Below the pieces are notes generated by a model that was not told the origin of the DNA, did no database searches, and was given only the letters and a program-made list of their open reading frames with translations. The translations under genes were made by a program, and so were the position numbers. This document shows positions 7,821 through 17,042 of a stretch of DNA of 31,686 nt, one piece after another (the first letter of the stretch is position 1; each line of letters starts with the position of its first letter). Origin of the DNA: Candidatus Falkowbacteria bacterium CG10_big_fil_rev_8_21_14_0_10_43_10 (GTDB lineage Bacteria; Patescibacteriota; Patescibacteriia; Patescibacteriales; XYC2-FULL-47-12); contig PFAR01000024.1 of the NCBI GenBank assembly GCA_002773655.1, forward strand, positions 25,986-57,671, in the 5' to 3' direction.

Positions 7821-8990
7821 ATGAAGATAAAATCCGTTAAAAGTTTATCCGATTTGCGCGGCAAAAAAGTTCTGGTGCGGTGCGATTTTAACGTGGCCAT
7901 AAAAGGAAAAAAGATTGGGGATGATTTTAAAATTGTGCAAAGCTTGCCAACAATTAGATATTTAACGGCAAAGGGCGCGAAAGTGATAATAATAACGCAC
8001 TTAGGCAGGCCGCAAGGCAAAAAGGTTGCAAGTTGCAAGTTATCAGTTATCAGTTCTAAGTTAACAAAGTTATTAGGCAAAAGAGTAACTTATGTGGAAG
8101 ATTGCGCGGGGAAAAGAGCGCGGGACGCCGCGGAAAAAATGAAAGACGGACAGATAGTTTTATTGGAGAATCTGCGGTTTTATAAAGACGAAGAGGAAAA
8201 TAACAGGGAATTCGCGAAGGGTCTGGCTGAATTGGCCGATATTTATGTTAATGACGCTTTAGCCGCCTCCCATCGGAAGCACGCTTCGGTCTGCGCCGTT
8301 CAAGAATTTTTGCCATCTTATGCCGGCTTGCTTTTAGAGAAAGAAGTTTTAAATTTACAGAAAGTGTTACATCCGGTCCGGCCGTTCGTTATAATTATCG
8401 GCGGGGCGAAGCTGGAGACCAAGGTGCCGGTAATGAAAAACCTGCGCAAAAAAACCGACGCGGTTTTAATCGGCGGCATGATCACTTATGATTTTTTAGC
8501 GGCAAAGAAATGGAGTACGGGTAAGTATAAGGTGGAAAAATCGCAAAAGAGATTAGCAAAAAGATTACTATATCGCAATGTAATTTTACCCCTTGATTTT
8601 GTTGTTTCTAATAAAACTAACGGCAGGGGCGTTGTCAGGGTTGTTAACGCCCAAGAATTGCCGAAAAATTTTTGGCAATTTGATATTGGACCGCAAACTA
8701 TCCGCGAATACGCGCGCCATATTAAGTCAGCTAAAACAATAATTTGGAACGGACCGATGGGAATGTTTGAGTCGGAGCATTTTAAGCACGGAACGCTCGC
8801 GGTTGCCCGTTTAGTCGCCGCCGTATCGTCAGGCAGAGCGTTCGGCATCGTCGGCGGCGGCGAAACCGCCACGGCGCTGAAACAGACGAAAATGATTGAA
8901 TATGTTGATTTCGTTTCAACCAGCGGGGGAGCGATGCTGGAATATTTGGCAGGCAATAAACTTCCCGGATTAAAAAATATTATTAAATAA
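7821..8990 (+). CDS. pgk: Phosphoglycerate kinase
   Basis: VLVRCDFNV, THLGRP, LLENLRF, YVNDA, SHRKHAS, GGAK, IIWNGPMG.FE, GGGET, STSGGA. Confidence 0.97.
   Translation: MKIKSVKSLSDLRGKKVLVRCDFNVAIKGKKIGDDFKIVQSLPTIRYLTAKGAKVIIITHLGRPQGKKVASCKLSVISSKLTKLLGKRVTYVEDCAGKRARDAAEKMKDGQIVLLENLRFYKDEEENNREFAKGLAELADIYVNDALAASHRKHASVCAVQEFLPSYAGLLLEKEVLNLQKVLHPVRPFVIIIGGAKLETKVPVMKNLRKKTDAVLIGGMITYDFLAAKKWSTGKYKVEKSQKRLAKRLLYRNVILPLDFVVSNKTNGRGVVRVVNAQELPKNFWQFDIGPQTIREYARHIKSAKTIIWNGPMGMFESEHFKHGTLAVARLVAAVSSGRAFGIVGGGETATALKQTKMIEYVDFVSTSGGAMLEYLAGNKLPGLKNIIK
8025..8066 (+). repeat. Six 7-nt units inside the pgk CDS
   Basis: GTTGCAA GTTGCAA GTTATCA GTTATCA GTTCTAA GTTAACA (42 nt = 14 codons). Confidence 0.7.
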
Positions 8991-8994
8991 AATA

Positions 8995-9023
8995 GCAGAG
9001 GCATGGCATTGCCGCGTCTCTGC
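8995..9023. repeat. Degenerate GTAG-type REP hairpin
   Basis: GCAGAGGCATGGC-ATT-GCCGCGTCTCTGC resembles GTAGAGACG...CGTCTCTAC REPs. Confidence 0.55.
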
Positions 9024-9036
9024 AGAATACAAATCT

Positions 9037-9792
9037 ATGATTCCAAACAAATACATCACAATTTTTGTGAGCATTTTACTGGTCGTCGCTACCATCTGGG
9101 TCGCGGTTTTAACCCGCAACAGCGTCAAGCAATACCGCTATATCGGCCAGTCAGCCGAACAGAAGCATTCAATTAATATTAGCGGCGAGGGCAAAATAGT
9201 AGCGGTGCCCGATATTGCTAAAATTCAGCTGGGCATGCAGACGGAAAAAAAGACCGTTGCTTTGGCGCAGAAAGAGAATACGGAAAAAATTAACGCGGTT
9301 ATAAAAAAATTAAAAGAGGATTTCAAAATTGACGCCAAAGATATTCAAACCATTAATTATAATATTTATCCGCAATATGACTGGTATAGCAATAAGCAGA
9401 CCCTGCGCGGTTATCAGGTCAATCAGAATATTGACGTTAAAGTGCGCAATTTAGATGATGTCAGCGCCATATTGGAGCTGGCGGGCGCTGAAGGTTTAAA
9501 TCAGGTCGGCGGGCTGACTTTTGAAGTTGACAATCCGCAGGAATTAAAACAGCAAGCGCGGGAACTGGCGATTGAGCACGCCAAGCAAAAGGCTGAAAGC
9601 CTGGCAAAAATCGCCGGAGTAAAACTGGGAAGCATTATTAGTTTTTCCGAATATTCCAATGACGGGTATGGCGGCAGCAATTATTTAATGAAAGAAGCTT
9701 ACGGCATCGGCGGCGGGGGCGAAACGCCGGCGGTTGAAGCCGGCAGTACGGAAATTATCGTGACAGCGAATGTGGAATATGAGATTTATTAG
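9037..9792 (+). CDS. SIMPL domain (DUF541) protein
   Basis: N-terminal TM; INISGEGKIVAVPDIA, GYQVNQ.I.VKVR, F..DNP, A..HAKQKAE.LA, G..EI..TANVEY. Confidence 0.9.
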   Translation: MIPNKYITIFVSILLVVATIWVAVLTRNSVKQYRYIGQSAEQKHSINISGEGKIVAVPDIAKIQLGMQTEKKTVALAQKENTEKINAVIKKLKEDFKIDAKDIQTINYNIYPQYDWYSNKQTLRGYQVNQNIDVKVRNLDDVSAILELAGAEGLNQVGGLTFEVDNPQELKQQARELAIEHAKQKAESLAKIAGVKLGSIISFSEYSNDGYGGSNYLMKEAYGIGGGGETPAVEAGSTEIIVTANVEYEIY

Positions 9793-9814
9793 TTTAAAGT
9801 TTAAAAGTTAAAAG
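9791..9814 (+). repeat. Solo AGTTTAA/AAGTTAA tandem arm just upstream of the eno RBS (AAGGAGGAGG at 9812-21)
   Basis: G positions 9792, 9799, 9807, 9814 (spacing 7, 8, 7). Confidence 0.45.
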
Positions 9815-9825
9815 GAGGAGGATAT

Positions 9826-11133
9826 ATGAGCGAAATTAAAAATATCACCGCTCGCGAAATATTGGATTCGCGCGGTAATCCTACGGTTGAATGCCAAGTG
9901 GAGTTGGAAAATGGAATAAAAGCTAAGGCGTCAGTCCCATCCGGCGCGTCCACCGGCGAACATGAGGCGCATGAATTGCGCGATGGCGATGAAAAACGTT
10001 ACGGCGGACTGGGCGTGCTGAAAGCCGTAAAAAATGTGGAAGAAAAAATTGCGCCGGAACTTGAGGGAACTGATTGTACCAAGCAGGAAGAAATAGACGC
10101 GAAGATGATAAAATTGGACGGAACGAAGAACAAAAAAAAGCTGGGAGCGAATGCGATTTTAGCCGTGTCGCTTGCTTGCGCCCGTGCCGCTAGCATTGCC
10201 GAAGGTAAAGAGTTATATGAATACATAAATGAGAATTATGAATTAGGAATTAAGAATTACGAATTGCCAATCCCGAGTTTTAACATTTTTAATGGCGGAA
10301 GACACGCGGATACCAATTTGGACTTTCAGGAATTTATGATAATGCCGGCACCCCCGCTTAATCTCCCCCTTAGTAAGGGGGAGAAAAAAGAAGGGGTGAG
10401 GTCTTTTGCCGAGCAAGTGCGGATGGGCGCGGAAATATTTCATGAATTGGGCCGAGTATTAAAAGAAGCTGGATTTGATACCGATACCGGCAGCGAGGGC
10501 GGATACGCGCCGGATATTTATTCGTCCGTGCAGGCAATGGAGTTTATTTTAGCCGCAACGGTGCGCGCCGGTTACCAAGTTGGTCGGGATATCGGGCTGG
10601 GAATTGATGTCGGCTCAAGCGAGTTATATGATATTCGCACGCGCAAATATATTTTTAAATTAGACCAGGCAAATTTCGCCAACAGCACTTTAGTTGATTT
10701 ATATCACGAATGGCTTAAAAAATTTAATGTAATATCAATTGAAGACGGTTTGGCGCAGGACGACTGGGAGGGCTGGGAGGAACTGACGCAGATGCTGGGC
10801 AAGGAGATTATGATAGTCGGCGATGATTTGTTTGCCACTAATGTTGAACGCCTGAAAAAAGGAATAAAGAAAAAAGTGGCCAATACGATTTTAATTAAAC
10901 CGAATCAAGCCGGCACTTTGACGGAAACAATTGAGTGTGTTAAATTAGCAAAAAAGAACGGATATGGCGTCTTCGTTTCCCACCGTAGCGGGGAAACGGC
11001 CGATGATTTTATTGCCGACCTGTCGGTGGCCGTGCAGGCTGATTATGTTAAATTTGGTTCGCTTTCGCGCGGCGAGAGAGTATGCAAATATAACAGGATG
11101 ATGGAAATTGAGAAATTAGTTAATCAGTCTTAA
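9826..11133 (+). CDS. eno: Enolase, with a ~14-aa insertion
   Basis: AREILDSRGNPTVE, VPSGASTG, LGANAILAVS, NGGRHA, QEF, EGG, SIEDG, VGDDL, LIKPNQ.G, SHRSGET. Confidence 0.97.
   Translation: MSEIKNITAREILDSRGNPTVECQVELENGIKAKASVPSGASTGEHEAHELRDGDEKRYGGLGVLKAVKNVEEKIAPELEGTDCTKQEEIDAKMIKLDGTKNKKKLGANAILAVSLACARAASIAEGKELYEYINENYELGIKNYELPIPSFNIFNGGRHADTNLDFQEFMIMPAPPLNLPLSKGEKKEGVRSFAEQVRMGAEIFHELGRVLKEAGFDTDTGSEGGYAPDIYSSVQAMEFILAATVRAGYQVGRDIGLGIDVGSSELYDIRTRKYIFKLDQANFANSTLVDLYHEWLKKFNVISIEDGLAQDDWEGWEELTQMLGKEIMIVGDDLFATNVERLKKGIKKKVANTILIKPNQAGTLTETIECVKLAKKNGYGVFVSHRSGETADDFIADLSVAVQADYVKFGSLSRGERVCKYNRMMEIEKLVNQS
10350..10397. repeat. Palindromic CCCCCTT/AAGGGGG element inserted in frame in eno
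   Basis: Perfect 10-bp stem TCTCCCCCTT-AGT-AAGGGGGAGA (10362-84) plus outer ACCCC/GGGGT; encodes PPLNLPLSKGEKKE. Confidence 0.75.
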
Positions 11134-11149
11134 TGTACAAAAACTAAAT

Positions 11150-12736
11150 ATGGAAAATAAAAAAACAACAAAAGAAATTAAACCATTAATTCTGATAATT
11201 TTAGACGGTTGGGGGATTGCTCCGCCCAGTCAGGGCAATGCTGTTACCTTAGCCAAAACTCCGGTAGTCAATAAACTAATTAAAGATTACCCCTATACCG
11301 AACTATGCGCGCACGGCAGCTGCGTCGGGCTGCCGGAATACCAGGACGGCAACAGCGAGGCCGGCCATATGAATATAGGGGCGGGCAGAGTCGTTGGCCA
11401 GGATGTTATTAGAATTACTAAAGCGGTAAAAGACGGCACTTTTTATAAAAATTCGGCTTTTTTGCAGGCTATTAAACATGCCAAAGAAAACAGATCGCAT
11501 CTTCATTTAATGGGGTTGTTGTCGAACGGCATGAGCGCCCATAGCGATCCGGAGCATATTATGGCCTTATTGAGATTGGCTAGAAAACATGGAATAAAAA
11601 ATACTTATCTTCATTTATTTACCGACGGGAGGGATTCGCCTCAATATGCCGCCTTAAAGCTGATACAGAATCTGGAAAAAAAATTATTAAAAAATGAATA
11701 TATCGCTACCGTTATGGGGCGCTATTACGGCATGGACAGAAAAAAGAATTGGCCGGTCACCGAACAAGCTTATGATGTTTTGACTTGTGAAAAATGCCGC
11801 TGGCGAAGCGCGGCGAGCGCTATAGATGCCGTTACCGAAAGCTACAACAGGAAAAATACCGACGAATTTATGGAGCCTTATGTAATATTAAGGAAGGGAA
11901 AATCTTTGCCTAGAATTGACAGCAACGACGCGATAATATTTTTTAATCTGCGGTCGGACCGGGCGAGGCAGATTGCCAAGGCTTTTATCCAAAAGAATTT
12001 TGAGAAGATGAACCGGGGTTCGTTTAAGCGGAAAAAGCTTTTAGAAAATTTTTCTTTTACGGCGATGACCGATTTCGGCCCTGATTTAGAGAATATCTTA
12101 ACCGCTTACCCCAGCGTTGATTTATGGAATACCCTTCCCATATTATTGGCTGACAAGCGGCAATTTTACATAGCGGAAACGGAAAAATACGCCCATGTAA
12201 CTTATTTTTTTAATGGCGGCTATGCGGATCCGGTCGCCGGAGAGCTAAGGTTCCAGGTGGCCTCTCCGGATGTTAAATCATATGACCAAACTCCGGAAAT
12301 GAGCTCCGGGGAGCTGACAGAGATGTTATTAAGGCATATCAAAGAAGAAACGTTTGATTTTATTACCATTAACTACGCCTGTCCGGACATGATCGGCCAT
12401 ACCGGAAACTTAGCGGCCGGGATAAAAGCGGTGGAGGGGGTCGACAAATATTTAGGGAAAGTTATTAAAGAGGCGGACAAGAAAGGAGTAAATTTAATTA
12501 TAACGGCGGACCACGGCAATATTGAAGAGATGATTAATTTAAAAACCGGCGAAGTGGATACTGAACACTCCACTAATCCCGTTCCTTTCATACTGTTTGA
12601 CGGCCGGTTGAGAAAAAAAAAGAAAATATTAAGGGAGAAAGGCATTTTAGGAGATGTGGCGCCGACCGTACTGCGTTTATTAGGCAAGGAACATCCGAAG
12701 GAGATGGCCGGGAAGTCGCTCCTAAATTATAAATGA
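11150..12736 (+). CDS. gpmI: 2,3-BPG-independent phosphoglycerate mutase, copy 1
   Basis: LIILDGWG, GNSEAGH (phospho-Ser), HLFTDGRD, GRYYGMDR, FNLRSDRARQ, AETEKYAHVTYFFNGG, PDMIGHTG, TADHGN. Confidence 0.95.
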   Translation: MENKKTTKEIKPLILIILDGWGIAPPSQGNAVTLAKTPVVNKLIKDYPYTELCAHGSCVGLPEYQDGNSEAGHMNIGAGRVVGQDVIRITKAVKDGTFYKNSAFLQAIKHAKENRSHLHLMGLLSNGMSAHSDPEHIMALLRLARKHGIKNTYLHLFTDGRDSPQYAALKLIQNLEKKLLKNEYIATVMGRYYGMDRKKNWPVTEQAYDVLTCEKCRWRSAASAIDAVTESYNRKNTDEFMEPYVILRKGKSLPRIDSNDAIIFFNLRSDRARQIAKAFIQKNFEKMNRGSFKRKKLLENFSFTAMTDFGPDLENILTAYPSVDLWNTLPILLADKRQFYIAETEKYAHVTYFFNGGYADPVAGELRFQVASPDVKSYDQTPEMSSGELTEMLLRHIKEETFDFITINYACPDMIGHTGNLAAGIKAVEGVDKYLGKVIKEADKKGVNLIITADHGNIEEMINLKTGEVDTEHSTNPVPFILFDGRLRKKKKILREKGILGDVAPTVLRLLGKEHPKEMAGKSLLNYK

Positions 12737-14343
12737 AAATAATTAATATGGATAACAAAAATTTTAAAAGGCCTAAACCGGTCGTTCTTTGCGTATTAGA
12801 CGGTATCGGAATAGCCCAGTCTTATTCCGGCAACGCCTTTTCCCAGGCTAAACTGCCTAATTTAAATAATTTTATTTCTAAATATCCGATTACGGCCTTA
12901 AGCGCGTCGGGAGAGGCGGTTGGTTTGCCATGGGGAGAAATGGGGAACAGCGAGGTGGGACATTTGAATTTAGGCGCCGGACGCATCGTTTATCAGGATT
13001 TGCCGCGCATAAACAAGGCAATTAGCGACAACAGCTTTTTTAAAAATAAAGCTTTGCTCGGTGCGGTGCAACATGCGCAAAAAAATAAATCGAGCCTTAA
13101 TTTTATGGGGCTTTTATCTAACGGCGGGGTCCACGCGGCCATTGAACATATAATCGCCCTGCTGGCTTTGGCCGAGCAGAACAAACTGGAAAAAGTTTAT
13201 CTGCACTTATTTTTAGACGGGCGGGATATGCCGTATAACAGCGGCCGGCAGATAATTAAAGATATAAAGAACAGAATCGCCGAATATAAAACTGGAGAAA
13301 TAGCCACTCTTTCCGGGCGATTTTACGCTATGGACCGCGATAATAATTGGGACCGGGTTGAAAAATCCTATTTAGCCATGACCGCGGGAGTCTGCCGGGA
13401 TAGTTTTGCCAGCGCGGAGGAAGCGATTGATTTTTATTATAATAAAAAAATTTATGACGAGGAATTTTATCCCACGGTTCTGACTAAAGGCGGCAAACCG
13501 GTATCCCTGATAAAAGATAAGGATGCCGTGATATTTTTTAATTTTCGCTCCGACCGGGCGCGGCAGATGACCAAAGCTTTTATTTTGCCCGGTTTTAATA
13601 AATTTAAGCGTGAAGTTGAATACCGAAATTTGTATTTTGTCACTATGACAGAATACGAAAAAAATTTGCCGGTGGAGGTTGCCTTCCCTCCGGAAGAAAT
13701 AAAAAATGCCTTAGGGCAGGTAATCGCCGACCAGGGCTTGCGGCAGCTGCGCATCGCGGAAACGGAGAAATACGCCCACGTAACCTATTTTTTTAACGGC
13801 GGCCGGGAGGAAGTTTATCGAAAAGAAGACAGGGAAGTCGTTCCTTCTCCCCGTATAGAATCATACGCCGATGAACCGAAAATGTCGGCCCCCGAGGTTA
13901 CCTCCCGCTTAATCAAGGAGATTAACAAAGACGCTTATGATTTTATTTTAGTAAATTATGCCAACGGCGATATGGTGGGGCATACCGGCAATATTGACGC
14001 CACCATAGCCGCTTTAGAATATTTAGATAAAGCGGTAGGCGAGCTGGTTCAGTTAATATTGGCGAAGAACGGGGTAATGCTAATTACGTCCGATCATGGC
14101 AACTGCGAGGAGATGTTTAATATGCAAACCGGCTCCATTGATAAAGAGCATACGACCAACCCGGTTCCTCTTGTAATAATCAGCAATGAGCTTGAAGGAA
14201 AAAGCCTGAGCGAAGGGGATATTGCCGGTAATGATTTAAGCGTGTTGAATGCTCGCGGCATTCTCGCTGATGTGGCGCCGACCATTCTAAAAATCATGGG
14301 TATAGAGAAACCGAGAGAAATGACGGGGAGAACCCTAATATAA
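12733..14343 (+). CDS. gpmI: 2,3-BPG-independent phosphoglycerate mutase, copy 2 (ATGA overlap with copy 1)
   Basis: VLDGIG, GEMGNSEVGH, GRFYAMDRD, FNFRSDRARQ, AETEKYAHVTYFFNGG, DMVGHTG, TSDHGN. Confidence 0.95.
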   Translation: MKIINMDNKNFKRPKPVVLCVLDGIGIAQSYSGNAFSQAKLPNLNNFISKYPITALSASGEAVGLPWGEMGNSEVGHLNLGAGRIVYQDLPRINKAISDNSFFKNKALLGAVQHAQKNKSSLNFMGLLSNGGVHAAIEHIIALLALAEQNKLEKVYLHLFLDGRDMPYNSGRQIIKDIKNRIAEYKTGEIATLSGRFYAMDRDNNWDRVEKSYLAMTAGVCRDSFASAEEAIDFYYNKKIYDEEFYPTVLTKGGKPVSLIKDKDAVIFFNFRSDRARQMTKAFILPGFNKFKREVEYRNLYFVTMTEYEKNLPVEVAFPPEEIKNALGQVIADQGLRQLRIAETEKYAHVTYFFNGGREEVYRKEDREVVPSPRIESYADEPKMSAPEVTSRLIKEINKDAYDFILVNYANGDMVGHTGNIDATIAALEYLDKAVGELVQLILAKNGVMLITSDHGNCEEMFNMQTGSIDKEHTTNPVPLVIISNELEGKSLSEGDIAGNDLSVLNARGILADVAPTILKIMGIEKPREMTGRTLI

Positions 14344-14352
14344 AAATACCCG

Positions 14353-14425
14353 CTGCCGGCAGAAGTTCAAATATCAAATTTTTTAAACCGAGTTGTTTTA
14401 TGTTTAAATTTTGTTATTTGATATT
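14353..14425. repeat. CTGCCGGCAG palindrome core followed by a 10-bp IR pair (AATATCAAAT / ATTTGATATT)
   Basis: Palindrome at 14353-62; IR at 14370-79 / 14416-25, the right arm overlapping the 3' end of the DUF212 gene. Confidence 0.5.
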
Positions 14426-14847
14426 AAATATCCAATTATACTAATAATCAGTCCAATACTACCGCCCATTGCTACTTGCAAAGGAGTGTGCCCTATTTTT
14501 TCTAACAAATGCGGATAGTTTTCATCCAGCAATTCATCTTCTTTCAGATCTTTTACCAAGACATTTAATATTTTTCCGTGCTGGCCGAGATAGCGGCGCA
14601 GGCCGATAGCATCGCGGATAACAATAATAGCGAAAATAAGAGCAAAGCCAAACAGCGGGGAAGTCCATCCGATTTGCAGTCCAATGATGGTTGCCAAAGA
14701 AATAACGGCGGCTGAATGAGAAGAAGGCATGCCGGAGTAAGCCAGCAGATTTTTAGCATTAAGTTTCAGCTTATTGGCGGAAATCAAAAATTTTATAATT
14801 TGGGCGATAACGCCGGCAGTGATGGGCAAAATAATAATGTTTAGCAT
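14404..14847 (-). CDS. Divergent PAP2 family protein (DUF212)
   Basis: AQIIKF, SGMPSSHSA, RDAIGLR...G.H, GHTPLQV..G motifs. Confidence 0.9.
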   Translation of the reverse strand: MLNIIILPITAGVIAQIIKFLISANKLKLNAKNLLAYSGMPSSHSAAVISLATIIGLQIGWTSPLFGFALIFAIIVIRDAIGLRRYLGQHGKILNVLVKDLKEDELLDENYPHLLEKIGHTPLQVAMGGSIGLIISIIGYLISNNKI

Positions 14848-14871
14848 AAGGTTTAATCTTAATTTTTAAGT

Positions 14872-15690
14872 ATGGATAATTATTTTATAATAGCCATATT
14901 TAGCGTCATTCAAGGAATCACTGAATTTTTGCCAATCTCCTCTTCGGGGCACTTAGTGTTACTGCATAATATATTTACGAGCTCAATTACCAATGAGCTC
15001 ACTTTTGATGTTGTTCTTCATCTTGCCTCCGCCTTTGCCGTAATTTTATTTTTTTGGTCTGATTTAATAAAAATTGCGAAAAATTGGTTTAAAAGTCTGA
15101 TTAGAGCGAATTTTGAAGCTTCCGAGGCGAAGCTGGGATGGTTTATAATTTTAGCGACGATTCCGGCGGCATTAGCCGGATATTTTTTTGAAGATTTTAT
15201 CAAAAATTACCTGCGCTCCAATTTAGTGGTGGCGTTAATGCTAATTGTTATCGGCGTGCTTTTTTTGCTGACGGAGAAATATTCCAAACATAAAATTGAG
15301 TTAGCCGATTTAACCTGGAGAAGGTCATTACTGATTGGAGCCGCTCAGGCTCTCGCCTTAGTTCCCGGCGCCTCCCGTTCCGGCATTACTATTATAGCAG
15401 GCATGGCCGCTGATTTAAAGAGGAAGGCGGCGGTAAAATTTTCTTTCTTGCTGTCAATACCGGTTATTTTGGGGGCGAATATAAAAGAAATCCTCAGCTC
15501 GGGGCTGACGATTCCCAATGAAGATATTTTTAGTTTTAGTTTTGGTTTTATTATCGCATGGGTTGTTTCTTATTTTGTAATTAAATATTTTATTGTTTTT
15601 GTGAAAAAGTATTCTTTAAATATTTTTGCCTACTACCGGTTTGCCCTTGCGGCAATAATTTTATTTTTATGGCTTGCACAGCAGCTGTAA
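14872..15690 (+). CDS. uppP: Undecaprenyl-diphosphatase BacA/UppP
   Basis: QGITEFLPISSSGHL, FDVVLHL, ATIPA, IGAAQALALVPGASRSGITI, A.KFSFLLSIP, FAYYR. Confidence 0.96.
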   Translation: MDNYFIIAIFSVIQGITEFLPISSSGHLVLLHNIFTSSITNELTFDVVLHLASAFAVILFFWSDLIKIAKNWFKSLIRANFEASEAKLGWFIILATIPAALAGYFFEDFIKNYLRSNLVVALMLIVIGVLFLLTEKYSKHKIELADLTWRRSLLIGAAQALALVPGASRSGITIIAGMAADLKRKAAVKFSFLLSIPVILGANIKEILSSGLTIPNEDIFSFSFGFIIAWVVSYFVIKYFIVFVKKYSLNIFAYYRFALAAIILFLWLAQQL

Positions 15691-16638
15691 TTTTTTATTG
15701 AAACCCGTAAGGTATCCGGCGTAAAAATAAATCAATACCATTGCCAGCATCAGCGACATATATAAAATCATTATTTTGACTGCTGTTAAAAAGTAATAAA
15801 GGACAGCAGTTTTATTTTTTATAATATTATTTACTTTGATTTTTTCCGCCGGAGAAAAAACAGGAAGGTATTTTTCGGCGGTTGTGTTATTTAAATAATA
15901 TTCAGATAGGTTTGAGGCGTTAAAATAGGCCGGGGCGGAGTAGGTATTCGCTTCAATCGCGCCACTGATAGGGGCGGGAACTGATTGTTCCGATGACGCG
16001 GTCGGCGACATAAGAATGGCAGGCGCGCCGAACAGTTCCACTGCGATAATTGTTTCTTCGCCAAACCAACTGCCCTTAACGGCCGCTGCGCCGATTTCAT
16101 TATAATCTTTGTGCAATATATTTTTTTTATGGGTCGGGGAGGCCAGCCAGGCGTTGAAGAGCGGTTCGCTGTCAGTAAAGTTAACCGCTAAATTTTCTCC
16201 GACAATTGAATATTGATAGCCGGCGTCTTTTATCCATTGAGAGAATTTTTTGTCGGAAAAATTATGAGAAAATTTCTGCTGCTGTAAAATGTCTTTCGCT
16301 TTTGCCAGAGCCGCCTTGGTTAGCAATTCATCCTCCTCCAGTTTAACCAGACCGTATTTGTCGCGCTCTTGGTTGGTGCGTTCAATCAGGTTAGTCGGGG
16401 TAATTGCCGAAGCTGAAGCCGCGTCCGGAAAAGGCAAAATAAGCAACAAAAAAATTCCTATTATCCACAGTGATAAGGAATTTTTAAAAATAGAAAAATT
16501 TAATTTTTTTGCCGCCATAGCGGCGGCAAACTCTCCTTCTTTGTTAAACATTTGGACTTTTTTTGTTTTTATTTTTGGTGAAAGCATTTTTTTATCTCTC
16601 ACTGTCTTTAGTATATCATATTTTAAGGCAAAAATCAA
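15667..16638 (-). CDS. CAP/SCP-domain secreted or membrane protein (start may be ATG 16587 or later)
   Basis: TNQER...GL..L...LTKAALAKAKD, FSHN, GENLA, WLASPTHKKNIL..DY.EIG; signal/TM upstream and a C-terminal TM. Confidence 0.88.
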   Translation of the reverse strand: MIFALKYDILKTVRDKKMLSPKIKTKKVQMFNKEGEFAAAMAAKKLNFSIFKNSLSLWIIGIFLLLILPFPDAASASAITPTNLIERTNQERDKYGLVKLEEDELLTKAALAKAKDILQQQKFSHNFSDKKFSQWIKDAGYQYSIVGENLAVNFTDSEPLFNAWLASPTHKKNILHKDYNEIGAAAVKGSWFGEETIIAVELFGAPAILMSPTASSEQSVPAPISGAIEANTYSAPAYFNASNLSEYYLNNTTAEKYLPVFSPAEKIKVNNIIKNKTAVLYYFLTAVKIMILYMSLMLAMVLIYFYAGYLTGFNKKLQLLCKP

Positions 16639-16702
16639 GAGGAAAATTTAGTATTATTATGTGCTGAAAAATTTATATATAAGATTAATATCAAAATGAC
16701 AA

Positions 16703-16775
16703 TTGACTTAGTTATGAAAAATAGTAATATACCTATAGCAAAAAAATAAAATAGATATGGACGGAAAGGAGGTGA
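16703..16775 (+). promoter_or_regulatory. Putative promoter (TTGACT-16-TAATAT) and perfect Shine-Dalgarno AAGGAGGTGA
   Basis: TTGACT 16703-08, TAATAT 16725-30, SD 16766-75. Confidence 0.55.
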
Positions 16776-16782
16776 ATGAATC

Positions 16783-17022
16783 ATGACAGCGTTTTTTCCA
16801 TTTGGATTGATACTATGGCTAATTGTCTTTGGTTTTGTTTATTTTCATTCTCAGTCGCCCTTTTATCTATTGAAAGGGAGATGGAGTTATCGGATTGTTC
16901 GTTTTTTTATCGCTCCTCCAGTTGTCATTATCTCCTTTGTTTTAATTTGGGTTTGCGGTATGATGATGTTTTCAATATTAGCAGAACCATTCGACCCAAA
17001 CTGGATTAATAACCTTTATTGA
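16783..17022 (+). CDS. Small two-TM membrane protein (79 aa), function unknown
   Basis: Properly spaced SD, two hydrophobic helices, downstream terminator. Confidence 0.65.
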   Translation: MTAFFPFGLILWLIVFGFVYFHSQSPFYLLKGRWSYRIVRFFIAPPVVIISFVLIWVCGMMMFSILAEPFDPNWINNLY

Positions 17023-17042
17023 TATTTTTTTTCTCAGTAAAT

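Noticed and set aside
11150-14343. Tandem gpmI as an assembly duplication
   Set aside because: The two copies differ extensively in both nucleotide and protein sequence.
16461-16469. Perfect DnaA box TTATCCACA
   Set aside because: Single copy inside the CAP coding sequence; no box cluster, dnaA gene or unwinding element nearby.
16776-17009. Alternative 77-aa ORF overlapping the small membrane gene
   Set aside because: Its ATG abuts the SD with zero spacing and the product is Cys/Ser-rich without protein-like pattern; the 16783 frame fits better.
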